A DNA stretch of 64,000 bases from Elusimicrobiota bacterium (GCA_036676805.1 JAKFCD010000083.1:1211-65210), one strand, 5' to 3'. Numbered from the stretch's first letter, positions 21,703 to 32,143 are shown. Numbers and translations: made by a program. Notes: generated by a model from the letters alone, not told the origin.

Positions 21703-22527
21703 ATGCTGAAGAATCACACCATCGCGGTGATCGGCGCGGGCCACATGGCCGGCGCCCTGATCGGGGGCATGATCAAGTCCAAGCTCGTCCCCGCCAAGAG
21801 CATCGTCGCCGCGCGCCGCAGCCCCGAGGCTCTCGCGGCCCTGCAGAAGAAATGGGGCGTGCGCGCCACGAGCGACAACAAGAAGGCCGTCGCCGGCGCC
21901 GACATCGTGATCCTCGCGGTCAAGCCGCAGATGGCGCGCAAGGTCATGGACGAATTGGCGGGGCATATCACGAGCGGGCAACTCGTCGTCTCGGTGATGG
22001 CGGGCGTCACCACGGCCGCGATCAGCAAGGCCCTGCGCGTCGAAGGCCCCGTCGTGCGCGCGATGCCCAACACCCCCTGCCTCGTCGACGCCGGCGCGAC
22101 CGCGATCGCCGCCGGCGCCCGCGCCGGAGAAAAGGAGCTCGCGCTCGCCGAGGCGGTCTTCGGCGCCGTCGGCCTCGTCGCGACCTTGCCGGAGTCCGCG
22201 CTCGACGCCGTGACCGGGCTCTCCGGCTCGGGCCCGGTGTACATCTACATGGTCATCGAGGCGATGATCGACGGCGGCGTGAAGATGGGCATCCCTCGCG
22301 CCGTCGCGGCCAAGCTCGCCGCGCAGACCGTTTACGGGGCCGCCAAGCTCGTCCTGGAGACCGGCAAGCACCCGGCTGTGCTCAAGGACGAGGTGACGAC
22401 CCCCGGCGGCACCGCCATCACGGCCATCCACGTCCTCGAGAGCAAGGGCCTGCGCTCGGTCCTCATCGACGGCGTCGAAGCCGCGACCAAGCGCTCCCAG
22501 GAGCTCTCGAAGCTCTTCGACGCCTAG
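21703..22527 (+). CDS. proC: Pyrroline-5-carboxylate reductase
   Basis: IGAGHMA, LAVKPQ, RAMPNTP, TGLSGSGP and VTTPGGT. Confidence 0.97.
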   Translation: MLKNHTIAVIGAGHMAGALIGGMIKSKLVPAKSIVAARRSPEALAALQKKWGVRATSDNKKAVAGADIVILAVKPQMARKVMDELAGHITSGQLVVSVMAGVTTAAISKALRVEGPVVRAMPNTPCLVDAGATAIAAGARAGEKELALAEAVFGAVGLVATLPESALDAVTGLSGSGPVYIYMVIEAMIDGGVKMGIPRAVAAKLAAQTVYGAAKLVLETGKHPAVLKDEVTTPGGTAITAIHVLESKGLRSVLIDGVEAATKRSQELSKLFDA

Positions 22528-22534
22528 GCGAGCC

Positions 22535-22563
22535 TTGACGGCCCGCTCCGTAGCTGTTATAAA
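22535..22563 (+). promoter_or_regulatory. Sigma70-type promoter of rnd
   Basis: TTGACG-17 nt-TATAAA with an extended TG; the same CCTTGACG-N12-GCTGTTATA layout precedes proC. Confidence 0.6.
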
Positions 22564-22626
22564 TAAAGGGCAGTTCACCCGGAACGCCGAGCTGGGGCGC
22601 TTCCGGATTTTTATTTATAAGGACCC

Positions 22627-23793
22627 ATGCCGCTAAGCCATATCAAAACCGCCGCCCTGATCACCGCCAAGGAGCACCTCGAGGAGGTGTGCGTCGAGCT
22701 CGCCAAGTGCGACCGTCTCGCCTTCGACACCGAGTCCAACGGCTTCTACGCGCACAAGGAGAAGGTCTGCCTCATCCAGATCTCCTCTCCGACGGAAGAC
22801 TTCATCGTGGACCCGATCGCCTTCAAGGACATCTCCTCGATGGCGCCCCTGTTCGCCGATCCCAAGATCGAGAAGCTCTTCCACGCCGGCGAGTACGACG
22901 TGCTCTGCCTCAAGCGCGACTACGGCTTCACCTTCGCCAACCTTTACGACACGATGATCGCCGCGAGGATACTCGGAACCAAGGAGCTCGGCCTGGCCGC
23001 CGCCATCGAGAGGCACTTCGGCATCGTGATCTCCAAGAAGCTGCAGCGCGCCGACTGGGGCAAGCGCCCCCTGACGCACGAGATGATCCGCTACGCGCAG
23101 GGCGACACCCATTTCCTGATGCGCCTGGCCGACATCCAGAAGAAGCTGCTCCTCGAGAAGGGCCGCATGGACGACGCGCTCGAGTCCTTCCGCGACCTCG
23201 CCGCCCTCGAGCCCAACCTCAAGACCTTCGATACCGAAGGCTATTGGAAGCTCGTCGGCCGGGAGGACATCGGCGGCCAGCAGATGGCCGTGCTCAAGGA
23301 AATCTGGCTGTACCGCGAGCAGCAGGCCCAATCGCGCGACCGGGCGCCGTTTCGCGTCATGCCCGAGGACCTGATGGTGCGCATGGCCCAGGCGATGCCG
23401 GAGACCCGGGAAGCGTTGGCCGCCGTGCGCGGCATGTCGCCCTATATTTTGGAGCGCTTCGCCGCCGGCCTGCTCGCCGCCGTGGAGAAAGGCAAGGCCT
23501 CGCCGCCGATAACCCGCCCCCCGTCGGCCGCGCCCGAGCGCAAGCGCCTCTCCGACCTCGAGTGGCGCACCTTCGAGGCCCTGCGCGCCTGGCGCAAGAG
23601 CCGTTCCGAGAAGGACGCCGTCGAGCCCGTCGTCATCATGACCACCGAGAATCTGCGCGTGCTCGCCATCCACTCCTGCCGCGACAGCGGCGGCGATCCG
23701 CTGGGCCCGCTCTCCGACCTCAAGCGCAGCCGCTACGGCGACGACATCCTCAAGGTCATGGCGACGGTGCGCGCCAACGGCAAGGCCCCCTAG
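22627..23793 (+). CDS. rnd: Ribonuclease D with HRDC domains
   Basis: AFDTES, CLIQIS, FHAGEYD, DWGKRPL and YAQGD, plus two HRDC-like repeats. Confidence 0.92.
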   Translation: MPLSHIKTAALITAKEHLEEVCVELAKCDRLAFDTESNGFYAHKEKVCLIQISSPTEDFIVDPIAFKDISSMAPLFADPKIEKLFHAGEYDVLCLKRDYGFTFANLYDTMIAARILGTKELGLAAAIERHFGIVISKKLQRADWGKRPLTHEMIRYAQGDTHFLMRLADIQKKLLLEKGRMDDALESFRDLAALEPNLKTFDTEGYWKLVGREDIGGQQMAVLKEIWLYREQQAQSRDRAPFRVMPEDLMVRMAQAMPETREALAAVRGMSPYILERFAAGLLAAVEKGKASPPITRPPSAAPERKRLSDLEWRTFEALRAWRKSRSEKDAVEPVVIMTTENLRVLAIHSCRDSGGDPLGPLSDLKRSRYGDDILKVMATVRANGKAP

Positions 23794-23847
23794 GCCGGGC
23801 CCGAGGCCCGGCACAGACGCGGCTGAGGAAATCCCTTCAGCGTCTAG
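23793..23847. repeat. Two-hairpin intergenic element, copy 2
   Basis: GGCCGGGCC-CGA-GGCCCGGC-AC-AGACGC-GG-CTGAGGAAATCC-CTTC-AGCGTCTAG. Confidence 0.7.
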
Positions 23848-23941
23848 GACCTAGGTCCCCCTTCCTCATAGGCTAAGTGCCGCCGCCTATTCGCCCTCTA
23901 GGACCGGGGCGCCCCCCTCGCCTCGCCGCTATACTGCTTCC

Positions 23942-25270
23942 ATGAACAGGATCACCCGCTTTTTCCTCTCCCTTTCCCTCATCCTCGCCGCCCCCGGCCT
24001 CGCCCCCTACCAGGCCGCCGCGCAGACGGTCTCGGCGCGAGTCGCGCCCCCCGCCGGACTCGCCGGCGCCGCCGGCGCGTCGATCAGCATCCTCGGCGGC
24101 GCGTCCGCCGTCCTGCCGTCCGCGAGCCCGCAGGCCGGGCTGATCCCCTCGCTGACCCCGGCCCCCTCGCTGGCGCCTCTGCCCGGCGCCCCCGTCGCCG
24201 CCGCGAACGCCGCCGCGCGCTGGATGGCCTATCCCGCGACGGCGCTCAAGGCCCCTTTCATCCGCGCCGCGGCCACTCCCGAAAAATTCGCCGCTCCCGC
24301 TCCCGCCGCAGCCCTCTCCGTCCTGAGGACCGGCGGCGCCGCGGTCGCCGCTTCCAACGAAGCCGCGGCGGACGCCCCGCGCGAGGCGCTCGACGGACTT
24401 TTCGAAGGCTCTATCGCCCGCCCCGAGAGCCTCGCCGTCGCCGGCCTCTCCGCCCCTTCGGACTCGCCCCGCCTCGCCCCTTCTCAAGGCCCGCGCTGGG
24501 TCAAGTCCCTGCGCGCCCCGGACGCGGCGCCCGCGCCGGCGACCTCGGCCAAGCGCACGCTCAACGTCGGCTTCCTCGCCGCGGTCATCCCGATCGCGAT
24601 CACCATGGTCACCGTCGTCGTCGCCCAGCTGCTCGGCTACGAGCTGCACCCCAACTACCAAGGCCCCGATGCCGGGGCGATGCCGACGATCTTGAGCGCG
24701 CTGGCCATGTGGGTCGGCGCCGCCGTGATGGCCCCGATCTCGGAGGAGGCCATCTTCCGCGGCGGCCTTCAGGGGAAGCTGGCCAAGCTCTCGGCGAAAT
24801 TCCGCCTGGGCTCCTTCGTCCTCCCCGCCGCCGTCACCTCCCTCATCTTCGTGGCGCTCCACGAGACCGCGGACCCCGTGCTCTTCGCCACGCGCTTCGT
24901 GCACTCGATGATCCTCGGCCGCGTCTACCAGAAGGAGGGCATACTCGCCGCGATGGCCGCGCACGGCTTCTTCAACGGCCTGCTCGCCTCCTCGATCGTG
25001 TTCGCCGCCATCGGCCTGCCCTGGCTCGGCATCGCGACCGTACCCGTCGCTCTCCTCTTCGCCTGGCGGGCCGCCAAATCCCTGCGCGGGCAAAAATCCG
25101 ACCGGGCCTCCGGCGCCCTGAGGCCCAAGCCGCTGAGCGCCGCCCTCGCCTTCCTCATGGCCGCCGTCCTCGTCGCCGGCTACTTCTTCCTGATGCCGAA
25201 TATCTTCTGGGCCATCGGCGCCGTCGCCTTGGCGGTGAAGGGGATTATGACGCTCCAAGCCAAGAAATAG
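23942..25270 (+). CDS. CPBP (CAAX/Abi) intramembrane glutamic protease with signal peptide and Ala/Pro-rich leader
   Basis: APISEEAIFRG, FVALHE and AHGFFN motifs; about 200-aa low-complexity N-terminus. Confidence 0.88.
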   Translation: MNRITRFFLSLSLILAAPGLAPYQAAAQTVSARVAPPAGLAGAAGASISILGGASAVLPSASPQAGLIPSLTPAPSLAPLPGAPVAAANAAARWMAYPATALKAPFIRAAATPEKFAAPAPAAALSVLRTGGAAVAASNEAAADAPREALDGLFEGSIARPESLAVAGLSAPSDSPRLAPSQGPRWVKSLRAPDAAPAPATSAKRTLNVGFLAAVIPIAITMVTVVVAQLLGYELHPNYQGPDAGAMPTILSALAMWVGAAVMAPISEEAIFRGGLQGKLAKLSAKFRLGSFVLPAAVTSLIFVALHETADPVLFATRFVHSMILGRVYQKEGILAAMAAHGFFNGLLASSIVFAAIGLPWLGIATVPVALLFAWRAAKSLRGQKSDRASGALRPKPLSAALAFLMAAVLVAGYFFLMPNIFWAIGAVALAVKGIMTLQAKK

Positions 25271-25271
25271 A

Positions 25272-27023
25272 ATGCGCTCCGCCGCAATCGCATTAATAAT
25301 CACGCTGCTCTCGGCTTCATTCCCCGCCGATGCCTTCGCCCAAATACGATCGGCGAAGCCGATCGCAGCTCCAAACCCCGCAATATCCGTCCTATCCTTC
25401 ACGGGCGCCGGTCTTCCCGTGAACTTCTCCGCTCCGTTGTCGTTAAGTCTATCGCCGTCATTATCCCTCTCCGTTTTCGGCATCAACGTTCAAGGCGCGC
25501 CGGCGCTCCGAGCCGCCGTTTCGCCGGCAAGAATCGGATCCGTCGCCGTTCCCGGCATCGCGACCGCGAAGCCGCTGCCGTTATCCGTCCGCGTCGAATC
25601 CGCCTCGGCCCTGACGAAGGCTCTTCCCCGCATCCCCCTCGCCGCCGCCCCCGCCGCCGCCGCCCAGAGCTTCTCCCTGCTCACCGGCGAGGCCCTCGCC
25701 CTCCGGGGCGAATCCCTCACCGTCCTCCCTGCCCCCTCCCACTTCGACTCCCCGACCCTCGCTCCGGCGCTCCTCTCGCCGACTCCGCGCTCCCCCGCCC
25801 CCTCCCCCGAAGCCGCGAAGAACGTCCGGCGCATGATGATCGGCACCGCCGCGATGAAATCGGGCATGGAGACGATCACCTTGAGCGTCCCTCTGCTCGC
25901 CCTCACCGCCTTCGGCGGCATCTCCGCCGTCGCCGGGCTCGTCGTCGTCTACGGCCTTTCCCAAGCGGTCTTCGCCGCGATGGCCGGCGGCCTCGCCGAC
26001 CGCTTCTCCGCGCGCAAGGTCCTCGCCGGGGCCGTCGCCGCCCAGGCGGCCCTCGTCGGGACCCTGATCGCCGTCGGCGCCGCCGGCGCGCTCTCGATGG
26101 GGACCTTGATCCCGCTGTACCTGCTGATCGGCGGCGTCACCGGCGTCATCGAGACCGCGCGCCACTCGATCCCCACTCTGCTCCTCGGCCAGAACGAGGC
26201 CGCGCTCAAGAAGTACAACGCGAAGCTCCACATCTGGTACGAGGTCGCCGGCGTCGCCGGCGCCCTGACGGCGGGCGCCTTGATCGGCTTCGCCGGGCCG
26301 CTGTGGTCGCTCGTCATCCAACCCCCGGCCTTCGCGCTCGCCGCCTGGTATTTCTGGCGCGTGCGCCACGCGCTGCCCGCGGAGATCCCTCCCTCCGCGG
26401 GCGGCCTCCGGGGCCGCGTCTCCGATTACTTCAAGGACATCAAGGCCGGGGCCAAGCTCGTGATGGGCGACGGGCGCATGCGCTGGATCGCGCTCGCCTT
26501 CGTGCTGCCGCAGATCGTCCACCGCGTCTTCGAGGGCCTGCTGATCCCCGTGTTCGCGAAGACGGTGCTGGAGAACCCCTCGGCCTCGGCCTGGCTGCTC
26601 ACCGCCTCCAACGCCGGCGAGCTCGCCGGCGCGGCCGTGCTGCTCAAGCTCGCCGCGCGCTTCCCCGGCACTCACGGCTGGGTCAAGTGGGGCGCCCTCG
26701 GCCTCCTGCTGACCTGGGCGCTGGCCTTCTCGACGAGCCTGCCGATCCTGCTGCCCCTGATCCTCTTCTCCTCGCTCACCTGGGCCGCCAGCGACCTGTC
26801 GCTGCGCTCCGAGGTCCAGCGCACGGTCTCCGAGAAGGACCAGCCGCGCGCGATCAGCTTCCTGTACGGCGCGTTCGTCCTCGGCTCGGCCCTCGTCACC
26901 CTCGCGCTCGGCGCCCTGTTCGGCGCGCTTGCGACGGCGACCGCGCTGTTCTGGATCTGCGGCGGCTTCAGCGCCCTGGCGCTCGCCGTCCTCTACGCCT
27001 CGCGCCGCCTCAAGCGCCGTTGA
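25272..27023 (+). CDS. MFS transporter with signal peptide and long Ser/Pro/Ala-rich leader
   Basis: GGLADRFSARKVL (MFS motif A), about 12 TM helices after residue ~185. Confidence 0.88.
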   Translation: MRSAAIALIITLLSASFPADAFAQIRSAKPIAAPNPAISVLSFTGAGLPVNFSAPLSLSLSPSLSLSVFGINVQGAPALRAAVSPARIGSVAVPGIATAKPLPLSVRVESASALTKALPRIPLAAAPAAAAQSFSLLTGEALALRGESLTVLPAPSHFDSPTLAPALLSPTPRSPAPSPEAAKNVRRMMIGTAAMKSGMETITLSVPLLALTAFGGISAVAGLVVVYGLSQAVFAAMAGGLADRFSARKVLAGAVAAQAALVGTLIAVGAAGALSMGTLIPLYLLIGGVTGVIETARHSIPTLLLGQNEAALKKYNAKLHIWYEVAGVAGALTAGALIGFAGPLWSLVIQPPAFALAAWYFWRVRHALPAEIPPSAGGLRGRVSDYFKDIKAGAKLVMGDGRMRWIALAFVLPQIVHRVFEGLLIPVFAKTVLENPSASAWLLTASNAGELAGAAVLLKLAARFPGTHGWVKWGALGLLLTWALAFSTSLPILLPLILFSSLTWAASDLSLRSEVQRTVSEKDQPRAISFLYGAFVLGSALVTLALGALFGALATATALFWICGGFSALALAVLYASRRLKRR

Positions 27024-27024
27024 T

Positions 27025-27080
27025 GGTGTCAGGCTTGTCGTTCTTTGCATAGTTATGCAAAGAACGACAAGCCTGACACC
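27025..27080. repeat. REP-like perfect palindrome with 27-bp arms
   Basis: GGTGTCAGGCTTGTCGTTCTTTGCATA-GT-TATGCAAAGAACGACAAGCCTGACACC between convergent genes. Confidence 0.9.
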
Positions 27081-27085
27081 AAGAT

Positions 27086-27847
27086 TCAGTCCGTGAGCTT
27101 GAAGCGGACTTCCTGGGGCATGCGCACGGGGACGGGGCGGCCGTTGAGGCCGATGGCGGGGGAGAAGCGCATCAAGGCGCCGACCTTGAGGGCGGCGCCG
27201 TTGAAGTCGGGACTGGCGGCGTGGATGATGTCCGAGGACGAGACCAGGCCGTCGGCGCCGAGATGGATCATGATGACGACGGCGCCCTCGCGGCCCGCCT
27301 GACGCTCGGTTTCCGGGTACAGGCGCCTGAGGCCGGCCAGCACCTCGTCGCGATTGAGCAGGCGCGGCAGCTCCTTGAGGGGCGTGCCGCCGTGGCCGGT
27401 GCCGCCGGGCACGCCGTCATCGGAGCCCTCGCCGGAGCCGCCGAGCTTGGCCGCCGTGCCGGTGCCGCCCGCTTCGCCGCCCGGCGTCGCGGCGGGCGTC
27501 TCGTGCGTCTCGACCTTCTTGGTGTCGGGCCCGGGAAGCGTCCAGTCCTTGGGCGGCTCGGGGGCTTGGTCTGCGGGCTTGGGAGGGACGGGGACGTCGG
27601 GCGTCGCATTGATGATCGCGGGCACGCCCGGCACGAAGGCCTTCGGCGCGCCGAGCTTGGCGGGGCCGTCGCCGAGGAAGGGGCTCGTGATCTCGATCTC
27701 GAACGGGGGCGCCGGCGACCGCCAGCTCAGATTCGGCAGGAGCCACAGCGCCGCGAAGAACAGCGCGTGCATGCCCGCCGACATCGCGACCGACCGAGGA
27801 AACGGCGGCGGGGCGGGGGCGCGCTTCCTCGGGGGCATGACCGTCAC
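27086..27847 (-). CDS. tonB: TonB family energy transducer
   Basis: N-terminal TM with S..H (SAGMHALFF), Pro/Gly-rich linker, YPETERQAGREGAV...MRFSPA..NGRPV C-terminal domain. Confidence 0.85.
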   Translation of the reverse strand: MTVMPPRKRAPAPPPFPRSVAMSAGMHALFFAALWLLPNLSWRSPAPPFEIEITSPFLGDGPAKLGAPKAFVPGVPAIINATPDVPVPPKPADQAPEPPKDWTLPGPDTKKVETHETPAATPGGEAGGTGTAAKLGGSGEGSDDGVPGGTGHGGTPLKELPRLLNRDEVLAGLRRLYPETERQAGREGAVVIMIHLGADGLVSSSDIIHAASPDFNGAALKVGALMRFSPAIGLNGRPVPVRMPQEVRFKLTD

Positions 27848-28245
27848 TTTCGCTGCACCTCCAAGCCCACCTTCTTGACGCCGGAGGAGCGCACCGCGTC
27901 GAGCAGCTCCGCGATCGCGCCGTAGGGCAAGGTCTTGTCGGCGGACAAGGTGACGGGCTGGTCGGGCTTGGCCGCGGTCGCGGCCGCCAGGACCTTCTTG
28001 AGCTCATCGAGCGTCGTGGGCTTTCCGGACAAGGTCAGCTCCCGCTTGCCGTTCAAGGCGACCGCGAGGGCGTCGGTGGCCGCCTTGTCCGACTTGGCCA
28101 CCCTCGGCACCTCGACCTTGATCGCGCGGCGCGCGATCATCGGGGCGGTGGCCATGAAGATGATCAGGACGACGAGCACCACGTCGACGAGCGGCGTGAT
28201 GTTGATGCTCGTGATCGGGCCGTCGGAATCACCCTCGGCGTGCAT
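27844..28245 (-). CDS. exbD: Biopolymer transport protein ExbD/TolR
   Basis: [22 protein letters not shown] and ADKTLPYG. Confidence 0.93.
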   Translation of the reverse strand: MHAEGDSDGPITSINITPLVDVVLVVLIIFMATAPMIARRAIKVEVPRVAKSDKAATDALAVALNGKRELTLSGKPTTLDELKKVLAAATAAKPDQPVTLSADKTLPYGAIAELLDAVRSSGVKKVGLEVQRK

Positions 28246-28822
28246 GATGAGTCCGCAGCGCGGCGTAGCGCAGGCCCAAAGACTCCGTCTCGGAGAGCAG
28301 GTCGCGCATCTTCTTCTGCAGGAAGTTGTAGGCGAGCACGGCCGGGATCGCGACGAGCAGCCCCACGGCGGTGGCCACCAGCGCCTCGGAGAGGCCGACC
28401 ATGACGACCTCGGGGCCGGCGCCGGACTCGGCCAGGTCGTGGAAGGCCTTGATGACGCCGAGCACGGTGCCGAACAGGCCGACGAACGGCGCGTTGTTGC
28501 CGAGCGTGCCGATCCACAGCAGGCGCCCCTCGAGGTGGCGGCGCTCGTCGGACAGCGCCGCGCCGAGGCTGCCGGGCTCGGAGAGCACGCGGGCCGCCGC
28601 GCCGGGGTTGGCCTTGACGGCCTTCAAGGCGGCGTCGGCGTCCTCCGCGGCGAGCGCGGCGAGAAAGACCGGCCGCAGGGCCGCGAGCGCCTTCGACTCC
28701 TCCTTGAGGAGGTTCCAGCGGTCGTACGCCACGGCCACGCCGCCGATCGAGCTCAGCACCAGGGCCCAGATGACCCAGTCGCCGCCGGTGAGCGCCAACG
28801 CCATGAAGGGGCTGTTGTTCAA
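28229..28822 (-). CDS. exbB: MotA/TolQ/ExbB proton channel protein
   Basis: [17 protein letters not shown] and [17 protein letters not shown]. Confidence 0.93.
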   Translation of the reverse strand: MNNSPFMALALTGGDWVIWALVLSSIGGVAVAYDRWNLLKEESKALAALRPVFLAALAAEDADAALKAVKANPGAAARVLSEPGSLGAALSDERRHLEGRLLWIGTLGNNAPFVGLFGTVLGVIKAFHDLAESGAGPEVVMVGLSEALVATAVGLLVAIPAVLAYNFLQKKMRDLLSETESLGLRYAALRTHHARRG

Positions 28823-30465
28823 TTCTCGTCCTTTTTCGGGTGGAGTTTCATCAAGGCGGTCGCCAGCTCCGCCTTCGTGGAGGGGTCAGTCTCGCGATCG
28901 AGGTACTGCAGCATGCGGCGGTACTCGTAGCCGCCGCCCAGCTCGCCGAGATAATACGCCGCCATCGCGCGCGGAAACCAGTCCGCGTGGTCGAGGAAGC
29001 GCAGCAGTATCTCCTTGCCGAAGCCGTCGCCCTTGCGCCACATGCCGGCTGCGGCGTAAATCTGCACGGCCAGGGACTGGTCGTTGCGCGCGGCGCCGCC
29101 GAGCTGGAGCTGCACCGATGGATCCCCGAGAATGAGCAGGGACTCGAGCGCGGCGAAGCGCACGGTGACGCTGGGGTCGTTGAGAGCGCCCTGGAAGAGG
29201 TTCAGGTAGCGCATGTCCTTCGCGTAGGAGAGGGCCACGAGCGCGGCCGCGCGCGTCTGCACGTTCTTGGCCAGGCGCGCCGCGTTCTCGAGCTCGCGCT
29301 GGAGCTGATAGTCCTTGGTCCCGGCGAGGCCCTCGGTGAGCAGGAAGCCGAGCTCGGTGTAGCGCGTCTTGAGCGAGTAGCCGGTCAAGGTCGACAGGCG
29401 GGCGAGGTTGAACAGGGATGCGTCGCTCGAGGCGAGCGTGTCGGGGCGCGCGTCCATGCGCTGCTGCAGCAGGCGCAGCAGGTGCGCGTTGATGCGCGGA
29501 TTGATCAGCTCCTGCTGCCTCACGCGAGGCGCGGTGACGGTCAGGGGCTCGAGCGAGAACGAAGCCAGGCTCAAGCTTTCCGAGGGCGGCGGAGCGGGCG
29601 CGGGCGCCGGCGACGCCTGAGCGTTCTCCTCGGCGGCCTTTTTCTTGGGCCACAGCTTCAGCGCCGAGACGGCGAACTCGGCGACGACGAAATCGTTGCC
29701 GACTTCCCCGTCGATGCGGCGCAGGAGGAGGTCGTAGTCCTCGGACGTGCCGAGCTCGCCCAGGTACTTGGCGGCCAGGGATTTGACGACCCACGACGGG
29801 TTGTCGAGGAAGGAGCGCACCCGGTGCAGGCCCGCGACGTCGCCCATGCGCGCCAGGCCCGCGGCGGCGTACACGCGCAGCAGCGGCTCGGTGTCGCGTT
29901 CGGAGGCGGCGGCCAGCAGCGGCATCGCCTGCCGCGGATGCTCGAAGACGACGAGCGCCTCGAGCGCGCCGAAGCGCACCGCGGGGTCGAGGTGGATCAG
30001 CGCCTCGTTGAACACCTGGAGGTACTTGGGATCGTGGGTGCGCGCGAGCGCGATCAAGGCCGCGGCGCGCGATTCGCCGTCCCGGTCCCAGCGCGAGAGC
30101 TCGAGCAGCTTTCCGCGGAAGGCCGGGTCGGTGCTGCTGGCGAAGGCCTCGCCGAGCGGGATTCCGACATTCAGGAAGCGGTTGCGCAGGGCGTAGCCGA
30201 TCGGCGAGCCGACGGTCAGGATGTCGGCGACGGGCGTGCCCTCGATGCCGGTCAGGTCGCGCTTGAGATTGCGGCGGTCCTCGGCCAGCTTGATCAGCGC
30301 GTTGGAGATCGCCGGATCGAGGCGGGTCTCGCCCGGGGCGAGCGGGGAAGTGCCCGGAGCCGGGGCGTCGTACGCCGAGGGAATGTCGGTGCGCACCGTG
30401 ACCTCGCCGCAGTTCGCGAGGAACGCGAGCGCCGATAGAGGGCTCAGCTTCAAAGCGAGTCTCAT
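28819..30465 (-). CDS. HEAT-repeat lipoprotein made of two homologous halves
   Basis: Lipobox FLANC; duplicated modules ([17 protein letters not shown] and [17 protein letters not shown]); overlaps the exbB start. Confidence 0.85.
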   Translation of the reverse strand: MRLALKLSPLSALAFLANCGEVTVRTDIPSAYDAPAPGTSPLAPGETRLDPAISNALIKLAEDRRNLKRDLTGIEGTPVADILTVGSPIGYALRNRFLNVGIPLGEAFASSTDPAFRGKLLELSRWDRDGESRAAALIALARTHDPKYLQVFNEALIHLDPAVRFGALEALVVFEHPRQAMPLLAAASERDTEPLLRVYAAAGLARMGDVAGLHRVRSFLDNPSWVVKSLAAKYLGELGTSEDYDLLLRRIDGEVGNDFVVAEFAVSALKLWPKKKAAEENAQASPAPAPAPPPSESLSLASFSLEPLTVTAPRVRQQELINPRINAHLLRLLQQRMDARPDTLASSDASLFNLARLSTLTGYSLKTRYTELGFLLTEGLAGTKDYQLQRELENAARLAKNVQTRAAALVALSYAKDMRYLNLFQGALNDPSVTVRFAALESLLILGDPSVQLQLGGAARNDQSLAVQIYAAAGMWRKGDGFGKEILLRFLDHADWFPRAMAAYYLGELGGGYEYRRMLQYLDRETDPSTKAELATALMKLHPKKDEN

Positions 30466-30617
30466 CCTATTTAGTATGACTTATCCGTTTCGAATCCGCC
30501 ACGGCCGGGGCGCCCGGCCGCAATAAATTCGAAACGGCGTCCTGCTACGATGTTCCCAAGACGCGGCGGAAAGGCGCACTCGAACCGACAACAGTCCGCG
30601 TCGACCCCACCAGGAGC

Positions 30618-30650
30618 GCCCGCCCGGGACCTATAAGGTCCCGGGCGGGC
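30618..30650. terminator. Strong hairpin downstream of the HTH gene (terminator or operator)
   Basis: GCCCGCCCGGGACCT-ATA-AGGTCCCGGGCGGGC, 15-bp perfect stem. Confidence 0.6.
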
Positions 30651-30659
30651 CATTTTCCC

Positions 30660-31517
30660 CTAGAAGGTCAGCACGCGGCGCACGCGGGACTCAACGAGGA
30701 GGAAGCCCGTGTCGTCCCCGGTTTCGGTCGACGCGTAGACTTCGCTGCCGGCGACGGCCTGTGCGAGCTGCGGCAGGTAGGCCTTGAACTCGGACTCCGA
30801 GGCCCGCACGAGCAGATATTGGTCGAAGAGGGTCTTGCCGTCGCGGCGGGCCATCGCCTCCCAGCGCCGGCGCAGCTCTCCGAGATGCGGTGCGATCTCG
30901 AGCTTTCCTTCCACCGGACGCTCATGAATGAATATCTTGCCCGCGTCGGGGCAGCGCCAACGCCCGTCGGCGTCGCGCGCGATGAGGCCCGCCCGGGCGA
31001 GGCCCTCAAGCGCGCGTTTGAGCGCCGTCGCAGGCAACCCGGTGCGCGCGCGCATCTCCTCCGCGGACTGTGCGCCGAGGTCGCTCTCGAGCAAGGTGAA
31101 CGCCCAATAGTGCGCGTCGTCCTTGCGTATAAGGCGGGACTGCGCGACCGTCAGCGGACGTGAGCGCGCGGCCCAGTCGCGCTCGATGGCGCGCTTGAGC
31201 GGGGTCGCCGACGCGGGGTCCGGCGTCGCCAGCGCGCCCGCGATGAAATCGGCCGCCGCGCCCGCGCCGAGGAGCGCGCGCAGATAGGCGTGCGCGAAGC
31301 GCCGGGCGCGGTCCGGATCCTGCCACAGGCGCAGGACGGCGACGAGCGCCGCGACGAGGCGCGGACCCGGCACGTGGCGCCCGGCCTCGACGTTGAGGTA
31401 CTGCTTGTAGGTGCAGCCGAAGGCGGCGCGTCCTCCCGCGACGCGGTAGAACTCGCGCGCGGAACGATGTCCGGCGTGCTCGCGCAGGCGCGTGACCAGA
31501 CGGGAGAAATCGCTCAT
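30660..31517 (-). CDS. Putative DNA-binding protein, XRE-like HTH plus winged helix (TIGR02147-like architecture)
   Basis: LTRLRE-like N-terminus with YLNVEAGRHVP; AEEMRARTGL...ALEGLARAGLI winged helix; divergent from a secreted-protein gene. Confidence 0.65.
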   Translation of the reverse strand: MSDFSRLVTRLREHAGHRSAREFYRVAGGRAAFGCTYKQYLNVEAGRHVPGPRLVAALVAVLRLWQDPDRARRFAHAYLRALLGAGAAADFIAGALATPDPASATPLKRAIERDWAARSRPLTVAQSRLIRKDDAHYWAFTLLESDLGAQSAEEMRARTGLPATALKRALEGLARAGLIARDADGRWRCPDAGKIFIHERPVEGKLEIAPHLGELRRRWEAMARRDGKTLFDQYLLVRASESEFKAYLPQLAQAVAGSEVYASTETGDDTGFLLVESRVRRVLTF

Positions 31518-31689
31518 GGGCCATTTTACCATGAGAAGAGGCGCTTCTCATCCGGGCGGTATCGTCGCGCGCCCCTTCTGGAGCCAATGCCTTGGCGCCT
31601 TGGGACCCCGCGCCGCGCCCGCGAGCGGGCGGCGCGTCCTATCATAGGCATGACCCGCCGTCACGGCGGGAATCCTGGAGGACACACAA

Positions 31690-32124
31690 ATGATGAAGTC
31701 CGCGAAGTACCTGGCCGGCGCGCTCGCGCTGGCCGCCGGCCTCGGTCTCGGCGTCGCGCACGCCGGCGGCGAGTCCGTAAGCGCGTCGGCCGAAGGCGGC
31801 GTGGCGCAGGCGTTCCAGCAGATTCGCGCGTCGTTCGGCGCGAAGCTGTCGAAGCTCGCGAAGGAGACGAAGAAGGCTCCCGCGGGGCTGTACGGGCGCG
31901 ACCACTGCAGCCCATATGACGCCACGATGGTTCCGGCCTTCGAGAGCGAGGTCGGCTACTACTGCAAGTCGCGCAACCCGGCGTCGGTCTCATGCGAGAT
32001 CGTCGGCTGGCGGACCGTGCAGGAAGGAGATGAGGGGCCGGTCACGCGCCCGATCCTCGGCGACTGCAGCCCGCGCGGCGGGTTCGCCGGCACGCCGCTC
32101 GAGCAGGCGCCGCAGGCGCCGTAA
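31690..32124 (+). CDS. Secreted hypothetical protein with 4 Cys
   Basis: SD GGAGG, signal peptide ending AHA, downstream terminator. Confidence 0.75.
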   Translation: MMKSAKYLAGALALAAGLGLGVAHAGGESVSASAEGGVAQAFQQIRASFGAKLSKLAKETKKAPAGLYGRDHCSPYDATMVPAFESEVGYYCKSRNPASVSCEIVGWRTVQEGDEGPVTRPILGDCSPRGGFAGTPLEQAPQAP

Positions 32125-32143
32125 ACCGCAAGACGCGAAATCC

